Shown here piece by piece: positions 29,023 through 38,652 of a stretch of DNA of 64,000 nt. This DNA comes from Gemmatimonadales bacterium. Lineage in GTDB: Bacteria; Gemmatimonadota; Gemmatimonadetes; Gemmatimonadales; GWC2-71-9. A program made the translations under genes and the position numbers. Numbering within the stretch: position 1 is the stretch's first letter; each line of letters opens with the position of its first letter. The stretch lies in NCBI GenBank assembly GCA_038321865.1, contig JBBQFH010000005.1, positions 1-64,000 on the forward strand, in the 5' to 3' direction. The notes beneath the pieces are model-generated. The model ran no database searches. It worked only from the letters and a program-made list of their open reading frames with translations, and was not told the origin of the DNA.

Positions 29023-30693
29023 TCAGGGTGACGCCGGTGCCGCCGTCACGTAGAACTCCGGATCGACCCTGAGCACCGTCCCCGCCGCCAGCTTCGAGTC
29101 CGCCGTCTGCCACTGCTCCGTCGGCTTCACCTTCACATAGCCTTCCTCCGCCACCCCGATCCGCACCGGCATCGCGAAGCCCGGCACCACGTTGGTCCAC
29201 CGGTACGAGAGCCTGGCCCCGTCGAACCGGTACTCCAGCACCGGGATCTTCACCGTCTCCTGATACTGCTCGAAGATCCTGGACAGGTCCACGCCCGTGG
29301 CGCTGCTCATGTAGTCGCGGATCTGCTCCGCCGTCACCGTCTGGTGCCCGAAGTTCGCCTGCAAGCCGCGCAGCGTGGCGAGCCAGCGGGCGTCGTCGTC
29401 CACCACTGCGCGGATCGTCATCAGCATGTTGGCGCCCTTGGGGTACCGGTCCTGCGAGCGCGGCGTGTCGTTCACGCCGTAGGTCCCGATGATCGGCACG
29501 TCGTTCCGGATCATCTTCCGCGCACCCACCAGGTACCGGTCTCCCGCCGCCTTGTCCTTCACGCACTCGACATACAGTGCCTCGGCGTACATGCCGAAGC
29601 TCTCGTGGATCCACATGTCGGCGTGGTCCTTCGCGCTCACGCTGTTGCCCCACCATTCGTGCGCGCTCTCGTGGACAATGATGTAGTCCCAGGTCATCCC
29701 CTCGCCGGTGCCCGAGAGATCGCGGCCGAGGTAGCCGGGGAGATAGCGGTTGCCGTAGGCGATGCCGCTCTGGTGCTCCATGCCGAGGTACGGCACTTCG
29801 ATCAGCTTGTAGCCGTCGCGATACCAGGGATACGCGCCGAACCAGTGTTCGTGGCAGCCGAGCATCGTCTTCACCGCCGGCATCAGCTTCAGCGCGGCGT
29901 CGCGGTGCGGCGCCAGCGCCCAGAACTCAACGGTGAGCGGGCCGTTCACCCCCTTGAACTCGTCGCGCACCGGCACGTAGGCGGGGCTCGCGTTGATGGC
30001 GACGTCGTAGTTGTTGATCGGGTCGGCGACGAACCATTCGTACGTGGTGGTCTTGTCCGGATTGTGCGTAGTGGAGCGGAGCCGGCCGTTGGAGACGTCG
30101 ATCATCGGGTCGGGGATGGTGATCGCGATGCGCTGGCTGTCCGGCTCGTCCGCCGGAATGTCCTTGAGCGGCCACCAGGTGCTGGCGCCGGGTCCCTCAT
30201 TCGAGGTCGCGACCCAGGGGGCGCCGGCGCTGTCCACCGCCCAGTGGAACGGGCCGAAGCTCCGGCGGGTGGTCGTGTCGCCCGGCGCCCTGGCGTAGCT
30301 GCCGTGATACCAGACGGTCAGCGACCCGCGGGTCCCGGCCTTTGCCGCAGCCGGCAGCGTGACAAAGAACGCGTTCCCGTCGCGACGATATTGGAGCTTC
30401 GCCGCTCCCTGGACGATGCTGTCGACCTGATGCGGCGGCTGGAGATCGATCTGCATCTCGGTCGCGGGCGCCAGCACGCGGTAGGTGATCGCATTGCGGC
30501 CGGTAATGCTCGAGTCGGACGGATTTACCTTTACGTGCAGGTCATAGAACTCGGCGTCCCACCAGGCGCGGCCCGGTCCGTTCGAGCCGCGGAGGGTGTC
30601 GGCGTGGGTGAAGACCCGCGGCGTCTGGGCCCGGGCGGCGGGCGCCAGGGCAAGCGTGGCGGCAAGCAGGGTGACGGGTAGAGCGTGTCGCAT
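29023..30693 (-). CDS. M1 family metallopeptidase (secreted)
   Basis: Signal peptide, GMEHQS, HESAHEWWGN, WIHESF and YPKGA. ATG start at 30693. Confidence 0.93.
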   Translation of the reverse strand: MRHALPVTLLAATLALAPAARAQTPRVFTHADTLRGSNGPGRAWWDAEFYDLHVKVNPSDSSITGRNAITYRVLAPATEMQIDLQPPHQVDSIVQGAAKLQYRRDGNAFFVTLPAAAKAGTRGSLTVWYHGSYARAPGDTTTRRSFGPFHWAVDSAGAPWVATSNEGPGASTWWPLKDIPADEPDSQRIAITIPDPMIDVSNGRLRSTTHNPDKTTTYEWFVADPINNYDVAINASPAYVPVRDEFKGVNGPLTVEFWALAPHRDAALKLMPAVKTMLGCHEHWFGAYPWYRDGYKLIEVPYLGMEHQSGIAYGNRYLPGYLGRDLSGTGEGMTWDYIIVHESAHEWWGNSVSAKDHADMWIHESFGMYAEALYVECVKDKAAGDRYLVGARKMIRNDVPIIGTYGVNDTPRSQDRYPKGANMLMTIRAVVDDDARWLATLRGLQANFGHQTVTAEQIRDYMSSATGVDLSRIFEQYQETVKIPVLEYRFDGARLSYRWTNVVPGFAMPVRIGVAEEGYVKVKPTEQWQTADSKLAAGTVLRVDPEFYVTAAPASP

Positions 30694-30850
30694 CGGAATC
30701 CCGTGGGAAAGGAGGCGGAAACGGCGCGCCTGAACGCTAGGCTGGCCGCCGCCGCACGACAACGGCTGGCCCGCGCGTGTCATCCTCCCGTCATCTATCC
30801 GGTCTAGGTTCACGGCCCGCTCCACGCTCGCATCCGATCCGGGAGAATTC

Positions 30851-33274
30851 TTGACGGTACCGATCCGCCCGCTCGCCGCTTCGCTGCTGCTCCTCCTCGG
30901 TTTCCATTCCCGCGCCATCGCGCAGGGCGGCATGCATGGACGGGTGGTGGACGCCGCCACCCGGGCATCGATCGGCGGGGCCCTGGTGACCATCGTGCCC
31001 GCCGGCGCGACGTCCGCCGCCGCCTCGACCACCAGCGCCGGCGATGGCACCTTCCGTATCGGCGGGCTCCGGTCGGGACGCTACCTCGCCCGCGTCCGGG
31101 CGATCGGGTACCGACCGGTCGAGGTAACGTCCATCGCGATCTCTGCCCCGGACTTCGACCTCCGCACGGTGGCGATGGCCGCATCCGCGGTCGAGCTCCC
31201 GCCGGTTCAGGTCACCGCGCCGGAACAGGCGGTGCAGCTCGCACCCGACCGCAACACCTACGTCACCCGCGACATGGCGACCACCCGCGGCGGCACCGCG
31301 CTCGACGTGCTGCGGAACGTGCCCACGGTGGACGTGGACATCGACAACAACGTGAGCCTCCGTGGTGATCCGGGCGTGGTGGTGCAGATCAACGGCCGGC
31401 CGAGCCCGCTGAAGGCCGCGCAGCTCGGCAACTACCTGGCCCAGCTGCCGGCCGACATGGTGGACAAGGTGGAGATCGTCACCAACCCCTCGGCCCGGGA
31501 GAATCCGGAAGGGGTCGCCGGCATCATCAACATCGTGCTGAAGCAGAAGCCCGAGGCCGGAGCCAGCGGCGCGGTCACCATCGGCGGGTCGACCCGCGGG
31601 CACGCCGATGCCGGGGGCAACGCGGGCTTCGAGCACGGGCCGCTGACTTTCTATGGCAGCTACGGATTCTTTCGCGAGAACCGGCCCCGGACCGAGTCGC
31701 TGTTCCGGGAGAATCTCTTTCTCGATCCGGTCACCTATCTCGACGAGAGTGGCCTTCGCACCCAGGTCCAGCGCGCGCACACCTTCACCACCACCGCGGG
31801 ATATCAGCTCGGCGAGCACGATCAGCTCTCGCTTGAAAACCTGTTCACCACCCGGCACGAGGACGAGGTCCGCACCATCCTCTACCGCGATCTGAATGCG
31901 GCGCGGGATACCACCGGGCTGAGCGACCGCGTGACCACCGGCATCAACCACGAGCTGGAGCTGGAGACGACGCTGGGCTGGGAGCACGCCTTTGCCGGCG
32001 ACGAGCACAAACTCACCAGCGAGGTCCATCTCGTCCGGGGGCAGGAGGACGGCCCGCAGTCCGTCGTAGCTCGCGCGCTGACGCTCGCCGGTGACCCGGC
32101 GGCCGTCACGGCGCGGGAATCCCAGGCGAGCCTGGACCACAGCGCCGAGAGCTCGTTCAAGGCGGATTACGCCAGGCCGCTGGCGGGACACCTGCAGCTC
32201 GAAGCGGGCTACAGGGGATCGTTCCAGCGCTTCCACACCTCGCTCGACACGCAGGTCTTCGATACGACGCAGGCCCTGTATGTTCCCGATCCGGCCCGCA
32301 TCAACGACTTCACCTACCACCAGAACGTCCACGCCGTCTACGGCATCGTGGACGCCCAGCCCGGAAAATTCGTGATGCAGGCCGGCGCCCGCGTGGAGCA
32401 CGCGTCCACCCATTTTCACCTGACGAACGCCGGCACCACCTACGACAATGGCTACAACAGCGTCTTTCCGAGTGCGCTGGTCGCCTACAATTTCGACGAG
32501 TTCCGCCAAGTCAAGCTGAGCTACTCGACCCGCATCCGGCGGCCCGACGACACCGATCTGCTGGACCCGACACCGCACTTCGCCGATCCGCTCAACCTCT
32601 CGATCGGCAACCCGAACCTGAAGCCCGAGTACATTCGCGCCTTCGAGCTCGGACTGCAGCGGAGGGCCGGCCGCATGACGGTCCAGCTGACGCCGTACTA
32701 CCGGCACACCCTCGACGCCGTCCGCTCCATCCGCACCATCGACACCCTGGGCGTCACGACGCGCACCTTCGCCAACATCGCGTCGAGCGACGCGTACGGC
32801 GGGGATGCGACCCTCGCCCTGAACGGCGGCCGCCTGAGCGGGTTCCTGAGCGCCAGCGCGTTCCGGCAGGTGAGTAACGCGCCCGACCTCGGGCCCGGCT
32901 TTGCGATTCGGACCTTCGGCTGGTCGGTCCGGACCAACGCGTCGTTCCGCGTCTCCCCCTCGCTCGACTGGCAGGTCTTGCTGGCGTACCAGGCGCCGAT
33001 GACGGTCGAGCAGGGCCGGAACGGGAGCCGGACCCGATTCAGCTTCGCCGCGCGGCAGAAGCTGATGGCCGACCGGATGAGCGTTACCTTTCGCGTGATC
33101 GATCCGTTCAACGTGTCGAAGGAGACATCCACGACCGTCGATCCGCAATTCACGCTCTCATCGGTGCGCCGGCGCGCCATCCGGGCCCTCCAGCTCAACG
33201 TGACCTGGATGTTCGGTCAGCCGCCGAAGAAGGCGCACGCGCCCGGCGATCTCCTCGGCCCGGACGCGGGGTGA
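30851..33274 (+). CDS. TonB-dependent receptor / outer-membrane beta-barrel family protein
   Basis: Signal peptide, carboxypeptidase-regulatory-like N-domain, plug (DVLRNVPTVDVD, VEIVTNPSAR, AGIINIVLK), GNPNLKPE, barrel strands. Confidence 0.9.
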   Translation: MTVPIRPLAASLLLLLGFHSRAIAQGGMHGRVVDAATRASIGGALVTIVPAGATSAAASTTSAGDGTFRIGGLRSGRYLARVRAIGYRPVEVTSIAISAPDFDLRTVAMAASAVELPPVQVTAPEQAVQLAPDRNTYVTRDMATTRGGTALDVLRNVPTVDVDIDNNVSLRGDPGVVVQINGRPSPLKAAQLGNYLAQLPADMVDKVEIVTNPSARENPEGVAGIINIVLKQKPEAGASGAVTIGGSTRGHADAGGNAGFEHGPLTFYGSYGFFRENRPRTESLFRENLFLDPVTYLDESGLRTQVQRAHTFTTTAGYQLGEHDQLSLENLFTTRHEDEVRTILYRDLNAARDTTGLSDRVTTGINHELELETTLGWEHAFAGDEHKLTSEVHLVRGQEDGPQSVVARALTLAGDPAAVTARESQASLDHSAESSFKADYARPLAGHLQLEAGYRGSFQRFHTSLDTQVFDTTQALYVPDPARINDFTYHQNVHAVYGIVDAQPGKFVMQAGARVEHASTHFHLTNAGTTYDNGYNSVFPSALVAYNFDEFRQVKLSYSTRIRRPDDTDLLDPTPHFADPLNLSIGNPNLKPEYIRAFELGLQRRAGRMTVQLTPYYRHTLDAVRSIRTIDTLGVTTRTFANIASSDAYGGDATLALNGGRLSGFLSASAFRQVSNAPDLGPGFAIRTFGWSVRTNASFRVSPSLDWQVLLAYQAPMTVEQGRNGSRTRFSFAARQKLMADRMSVTFRVIDPFNVSKETSTTVDPQFTLSSVRRRAIRALQLNVTWMFGQPPKKAHAPGDLLGPDAG

Positions 33275-33374
33275 GCGGCCGCCTCCGCGCGATACCTCAT
33301 AGGGTGCGGACGGTGATAGCTTCATGCTGCAGGGTGCTTCCCTCGCACGACCCATATCCAGCCAGGAGGTTTGC

Positions 33375-33578
33375 ATGTCCGTCGCCAAGATCACCGAAAT
33401 TCAATCATCCTCGAAGAAGAGCTTCGACGAGGCGCTCCTGACCGGCATCGCGCGGGCCGAGAAGACGCTGCGGAATCTCACCGGCGCGTGGGTCAAGAGC
33501 CAGAAGGTCGTGATCGAGAAGGGCAAGATCACCGAGTACCGGATTCTCCTGAAGGTGTCCTTCGTGCTGAACGACTGA
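33375..33578 (+). CDS. Dodecin family flavin-binding protein
   Basis: AGGAGG RBS. MSVAKITEI...SFDEA...RAEKTLRNL...AWV...YRILLKVSFVL. Confidence 0.88.
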   Translation: MSVAKITEIQSSSKKSFDEALLTGIARAEKTLRNLTGAWVKSQKVVIEKGKITEYRILLKVSFVLND

Positions 33579-33584
33579 ACTGAC

Positions 33585-35633
33585 ATGAATCGCCTGCTCG
33601 GCGCGCTCGCGCTCGCGCTCGCGCTCGCCGCGGCCGCGCCGCTCACGGCCCAGCATGCCACCCTGGGCCTCGACACCGCCGGCATGGACCGCTCGGTCCG
33701 CCCCGGCGACGATTTCGTCCGCTATGCCGGCGGCCGGTGGTTCGACCGCACCGTGATCCCGGCCGACCGAAGCGGCTACGGCGCATCCAGCATCTCGGCC
33801 GAGGTGGCGGAGAGGCAGGTGACCGCCGTGGTCCGTGGCGCCGCGGCGGCCCACGCGCCGGCGGGCTCCGACCTCCGCCGGATCGCGGATTTCTACGCGA
33901 GCTTCGTCGATACGACCGCGATCACGACGGCCGGCCTCACCCCGCTCCAGCCGCAGCTCGCGCGCATCACTGCGATCAACGACCGCACGGCACTGGCGCG
34001 CTTCATCGGTGCAACGCTCCGGGCCGATGTGGACGTCATCAACGACGGCGCGCTCCACACCGACAACCTCTTCGGCCTCTGGGTGGACCAGGATTTCGAC
34101 GATCCGGCTCGCAACTCCGCCGCGCTGCTGCAGGGCGGCCTCGCCATGCCTGACCGGAGCTACTACCTCGACACGTCACCGTCGATGGAGCGGATCCGGA
34201 AGGCGTACCGCACGCACGTCGCCACGATGCTTTCGCTGGCCGGGATCGCCGAGCCGGAGCTGAAGGCCGACGCGATCCTCCAGCTGGAAACCAGGATCGC
34301 CGGCACGCACTGGAAGCGGGAGGACAGCTGGGACGTGGTCAAGGGCAACAATCACTGGGTCCGGGCCGATTTCATGAAGAAGGCACCCGGGCTCGACTGG
34401 GACGCCTTCTTCTCCGCCGCCCGGCTCGGCGACATCCCCGTCTTCGTCGCCTGGCAGCCGAGCGCCATTACCGGGCTCTCCGCGCTGGCGGCGAGCGAGC
34501 CGCTCGACGCATGGAAGGCACTCCTGACCTATCACGCGATCGAGCACGCGGCGCGCGTGCTGCCGGTGGCGTTCGACCGTGAGGCGTTCGCTTTCTTCGG
34601 CCGGACGCTGAGCGGCGCGCCGGAACAGACCCCGCGCGCCAAACGGGCGATCCAGGCCACCAGCGCGGCACTCGGCTTCGCGGTCGGCCGGCTGTATGTC
34701 GAGCGGTACTTCCCGCCCAGCGCCAAGCGGCGTGCCGAGGTGATGGTGGCCGGCATCATCCGGGCGCTCGACGCGCGGATCGTGCGGCTGGCGTGGATGG
34801 CGCCCGCGACCAAGGCGGAGGCGCGGGCGAAACTCCGGACGCTGCGGGTGAGTGTCGGGTATCCTGACCAGTGGCCGGACTACACCGGACTCGACATCGC
34901 CGCCGGGGATGCGTACGGCAACGCCGAACGGCTGGAGCAGTTCCAGTACGACCGGAATCTCGCCAAGCTGCACCGGCCCACCGACCGCACCGAGTGGTCC
35001 ATGACGCCGCAGCTGGTCAACGCGGTGAACATGCCGGCGATGAACGCGATGAACTTCCCCGCGGCGATCCTCCAGCCGCCGTTCTTCGACCCGTCCCGGC
35101 CCGAGGTGATGAACTACGCGGCGATCGGCGCGGTGATCGGCCACGAGATCAGCCACAGCTTCGACAACCTCGGCGCCAACTTCGACGCCCACGGCCGGCT
35201 CCGGAACTGGTGGACGCCGGAGGACCTGGCCCACTTCAATGCGGGGGCCGAGCAGCTGGTGCGACAGTACGACGCCTACCGGCCGTTTCCCGACCTCGCC
35301 GTGAACGGCAAGCTCACCCTGACCGAGAACCTCGCCGATCTCGCCGGCCTCACCGCGGCGTACGACGCCTACCGCGCATCGCTCCATGGGAAGAAGTCGC
35401 CGACGATCGCGGGACTCACCGGCGATCAGCAGTTCTTTCTGAGCTTTGCCCAGATCTGGCGGACCAAGTCGCGCGACGCCATGCTGCGCCAGCGGGTGCT
35501 GACCGACGGCCACTCGCCGGCCCAGTACCGCACGCTCACGGTGCGAAACATCGACGCGTGGTACCAGGCGTTCGGCGTGCGGCCGGGGCAGGCGGAGTAT
35601 CTGGCGCCGGGGGATCGGGTGCGGATCTGGTGA
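33585..35633 (+). CDS. M13 family metallopeptidase (neprilysin/PepO-like)
   Basis: Signal peptide, PGDDF, PQLVNA, FPAAILQPPFF, IGHEISHSFD, TENLADLAG and DGHSP. Confidence 0.95.
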   Translation: MNRLLGALALALALAAAAPLTAQHATLGLDTAGMDRSVRPGDDFVRYAGGRWFDRTVIPADRSGYGASSISAEVAERQVTAVVRGAAAAHAPAGSDLRRIADFYASFVDTTAITTAGLTPLQPQLARITAINDRTALARFIGATLRADVDVINDGALHTDNLFGLWVDQDFDDPARNSAALLQGGLAMPDRSYYLDTSPSMERIRKAYRTHVATMLSLAGIAEPELKADAILQLETRIAGTHWKREDSWDVVKGNNHWVRADFMKKAPGLDWDAFFSAARLGDIPVFVAWQPSAITGLSALAASEPLDAWKALLTYHAIEHAARVLPVAFDREAFAFFGRTLSGAPEQTPRAKRAIQATSAALGFAVGRLYVERYFPPSAKRRAEVMVAGIIRALDARIVRLAWMAPATKAEARAKLRTLRVSVGYPDQWPDYTGLDIAAGDAYGNAERLEQFQYDRNLAKLHRPTDRTEWSMTPQLVNAVNMPAMNAMNFPAAILQPPFFDPSRPEVMNYAAIGAVIGHEISHSFDNLGANFDAHGRLRNWWTPEDLAHFNAGAEQLVRQYDAYRPFPDLAVNGKLTLTENLADLAGLTAAYDAYRASLHGKKSPTIAGLTGDQQFFLSFAQIWRTKSRDAMLRQRVLTDGHSPAQYRTLTVRNIDAWYQAFGVRPGQAEYLAPGDRVRIW

Positions 35634-35640
35634 CGTCGCC

Positions 35641-36042
35641 ATGACAGCGCCGGCCGAACGCTGGTCCATCGCCCCGTATTTCATCGTGGACGACGTCATC
35701 TCCACCGCCGCCTGGTACCGTGACATGCTCGGTTTCGGCTACGAGCGGCTCTGGGGCGAGCCGCCCGCGTTCTGCATGGTCCGGCGGAGCGGCGTCGTCA
35801 TCATGCTGGCCCAGCTGGAGCAGGTTGGTGTCATGCGCCCGAACCGCACGGTGAACCCGGAAGCAGCCGCCTGGGATGCCTACATCTTGGTGGCGGATGC
35901 CACCGCGCCCCGCGATGAGTTCGCGTCGCGCGGCGTTACGGTGGTGCGGGATCTCTGCGATCAGGTCTACGGATGCCGGGATTTCGAAATCGACGACTGG
36001 AACGGGTACCGCCTCTGTTTCGGCCAGGATCTCAACCGATGA
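35641..36042 (+). CDS. VOC family protein
   Basis: IAPYFIVDDV, WYRDMLGF and YGCRDFEIDDWNGYRLCFGQ. Confidence 0.85.
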   Translation: MTAPAERWSIAPYFIVDDVISTAAWYRDMLGFGYERLWGEPPAFCMVRRSGVVIMLAQLEQVGVMRPNRTVNPEAAAWDAYILVADATAPRDEFASRGVTVVRDLCDQVYGCRDFEIDDWNGYRLCFGQDLNR

Positions 36043-36063
36043 CGCCGTCGGTCAGCACGTGAA

Positions 36064-37215
36064 ATGATTCGGACACTCGCGTTGCTGCTCGCCGCCACGA
36101 TGGCGGCCACCGCAGAGGCACAGTCCACCTGTCGCACGGCATTCGCCGACTCGGTATCGGTGCGCGAGCTTCGTGCGTTCGACCGCGTGGCGGCCGTCCC
36201 GCCCGTCTGGGACGGCTACCGCCTGGCGCGGCACCCGCTGCTCCTGCTGGCGGATTCGACGCACCACGGAGGACCAGTCACGCCGGTGTGCGCAGCCATC
36301 TGGAAGGCAGGCGCGCGGCTCCGGATCGTCGAGCTCGCGGCGCGCCCCGCGTTCTCCACTGCGCTCTACGGCATGATCGACCTCGATCCCGTCGGGCCGC
36401 ACGCCCGGAATGCCACCGAGCTGGCCGCCGCCTTCCACCAGCCCACTCCCGTCGTTGCCTCGGCGCTGCGCGCGCAGGGCGTGCGCCGCGCCATCGTGCT
36501 GAACGTCCCGCTCGATTTCGGGCCGCTCGGCGCGCTCGGCCGGATGCTCACGACGATGAAGGCCGACCCCGCTCTCCTCCACGCCGATCTCGCCGTGCAC
36601 GAGAGCTTTCACCTGCACACACAATTCCCCGCGTGGCTCGATCAGCATCGGACCTACGCATGGCCCGCCTGGGACGTCCAGCCCGACCGCCGGCAGCTCC
36701 GTGAGCGATGCTACGCCGGCACGACGGAGCTGTCCGCGGCGCTCGAGTCCGAGATCGGGACGCTGCTGGCGGCATTCGACGCGCTCTATGCCGACTCCGC
36801 CAGCCCGGATCCCGTCCTCGCGCTGGCTCATGCACGCCGCTTCGTGGACGCGCGCGCGGCGCGCCGGAGGCTGCAGGACACCATGAGCGTCGCGCGGGGT
36901 GCCACCCGGATTTCCTGCGCGCTGGCCGAGGACCTGATGGAGCTCGAGGAAGGGACGACCCAGTGGATCGGTCACGCGACGACGGTTCGCGCGGGACTGA
37001 CCACGCTGGCGCGGCAGCGCGGTTCATATGCGGGAAAGCAGCCGGACGCGTACTATCGGACCGGGCCGCTGCAGCTCTGGATTCTCGAGGGGCTGCTGGG
37101 CCGCGACGCGATGCGGCGCGTCACCGCGTCCATCGCACGCTCGGCTGGCCCGGATGGCGGCGTGTTCGGGCAGTTCGCGCAGCGGACGCTCGTGCTGGCG
37201 GACGCGCGGAAATAG
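36064..37215 (+). CDS. Secreted hypothetical protein, gluzincin-like (HExxH + E)
   Basis: Signal peptide, LAVHESFHLH, ELEEGT and YYRTG. Confidence 0.7.
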   Translation: MIRTLALLLAATMAATAEAQSTCRTAFADSVSVRELRAFDRVAAVPPVWDGYRLARHPLLLLADSTHHGGPVTPVCAAIWKAGARLRIVELAARPAFSTALYGMIDLDPVGPHARNATELAAAFHQPTPVVASALRAQGVRRAIVLNVPLDFGPLGALGRMLTTMKADPALLHADLAVHESFHLHTQFPAWLDQHRTYAWPAWDVQPDRRQLRERCYAGTTELSAALESEIGTLLAAFDALYADSASPDPVLALAHARRFVDARAARRRLQDTMSVARGATRISCALAEDLMELEEGTTQWIGHATTVRAGLTTLARQRGSYAGKQPDAYYRTGPLQLWILEGLLGRDAMRRVTASIARSAGPDGGVFGQFAQRTLVLADARK

Positions 37216-37242
37216 CCCATGCTTCCAACGACAGAGGACGCG

Positions 37243-38652
37243 ATGACGGCAGTTCCCGACCGGCAGCAGGCCACCCTCGAACGGGCGACCGAGCTCGCGG
37301 TCGCCTTTCTCGAATCGCTCGACGCGGCACCGGTGGCCGCGACGACGTCGCTCGCTGAGCTGCGCCGGCGCTTCGCGGTGGAGTTGCCCGCCGAGGGCGT
37401 TGATCCCGTCACCGTCATCGACGACCTGGCGCGCGATACCGACGGCGGATTGCTCGGCAGCGCCGGCGGGCGGTTCTACGGATGGGTGATCGGCGCCGGC
37501 CTGCCCGCCTCGCTCGCGGCCGACTGGCTCACCGCAACGTGGGACCAGAACGCCGGCCTCTACGCCTGCAGCCCTGCGGCGGCCGTCGTCGAGGAGGTCT
37601 GCGGCACCTGGCTCAAGGACGTGCTCGGGCTCCCGCCCTCGGCATCGTTCGCGCTGGTCACCGGCTGCCAGATGGCGCACGTGACCTGTCTCGCGGCGGC
37701 GCGGCATGCGGTGCTCGCGCGTGTGGGGTGGGACGTGAACCGTGACGGATTGCCCGGAGCGCCGCCCATCCGCATCATCACCTCCGCCGAGGTGCACGGC
37801 ACCTGCACCCGCGCGGCCAAACTGCTCGGGCTCGGCACCTCGAACATGCTGGTGCTGCCGAGCGACGCGGCCGGGCGCCTGCCCGCGGCGGCGCTGCGAG
37901 AGGCCCTCGCGGCCGATCCCGGCCGGCCCACGATCGTCATCCTCCAGGCGGGCGACGTGAACTGCGGCGTTTTCGACGAATTTCCCGAGCTGATCGCCAT
38001 CGCGCACGAGGCCCGGGCATGGGTCCACATCGACGGCGCCATGGGACTCTGGTGCAACGCGACACCCGCACTCCGGCACCTGCTGGCCGGCGCCGAGCGG
38101 GCCGACTCGTGGGCGACCGACGGCCACAAGTGGCTCAACGTGCCGTACGACTGCGGCTACGCGTTCGTGGCGCACCCGGAGCACCATCGCGCCGGAATGG
38201 AGCACCGCGCCAGCTACCTGGTGCACGCCGAAGACGCGCGGGACGAGCTCGACTGGACGCCAGAGCATTCGCGCCGCGCCCGCGGCTTCGCCACCTGGGC
38301 GGCGCTCCGGGAGCTCGGCCGCTCGGGCCTCGCCGACCTGATCGAGCGCTGCTGCCGGCATGCGTACGATATCGTGACCCGGATCGGCGCGCTGTCGGGT
38401 GCGCAGGTCGTATCCGTGCCGCAGATCAATCAGGGCCTCGTGCGCTTTCATGACACGCAGCCCGGCGCGACCGCCCGGGACCACGACCGCCGCACCGACG
38501 AGGTGATGGCCGCCATCAACGCCACCGGCGAGGCGTTCTTCACCGGGACCACCTGGCGGGGAATGCGCTGCATGCGCGTCTCTGTCTCCAGCTGGCGCAC
38601 CACCGCAGGCGACGTGGACCGCGCGGTGGCGGCGGCGGCGCGGGTGCTGTGA
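37243..38652 (+). CDS. Group II PLP-dependent decarboxylase (aromatic amino acid decarboxylase-like)
   Basis: RFYGWVIG, WDQNA, WVHIDGAMGLW, DSWATDGHKWLNVPYDCG and SRRARG. Confidence 0.9.
   Translation: MTAVPDRQQATLERATELAVAFLESLDAAPVAATTSLAELRRRFAVELPAEGVDPVTVIDDLARDTDGGLLGSAGGRFYGWVIGAGLPASLAADWLTATWDQNAGLYACSPAAAVVEEVCGTWLKDVLGLPPSASFALVTGCQMAHVTCLAAARHAVLARVGWDVNRDGLPGAPPIRIITSAEVHGTCTRAAKLLGLGTSNMLVLPSDAAGRLPAAALREALAADPGRPTIVILQAGDVNCGVFDEFPELIAIAHEARAWVHIDGAMGLWCNATPALRHLLAGAERADSWATDGHKWLNVPYDCGYAFVAHPEHHRAGMEHRASYLVHAEDARDELDWTPEHSRRARGFATWAALRELGRSGLADLIERCCRHAYDIVTRIGALSGAQVVSVPQINQGLVRFHDTQPGATARDHDRRTDEVMAAINATGEAFFTGTTWRGMRCMRVSVSSWRTTAGDVDRAVAAAARVL

Noticed and set aside
30791..33148. 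Long antisense ORFs (this one, 311-1603, 12461-14206, 16740-18914, 23231-24979, 34176-35726, 37024-38706 and others)
   Set aside because: They are shadow frames of well-supported genes, expected at this GC content, and carry no family motifs.
33604..33628. (GCGCTC)n short repeat
   Set aside because: It simply encodes the Ala-Leu core of the M13 peptidase signal peptide.
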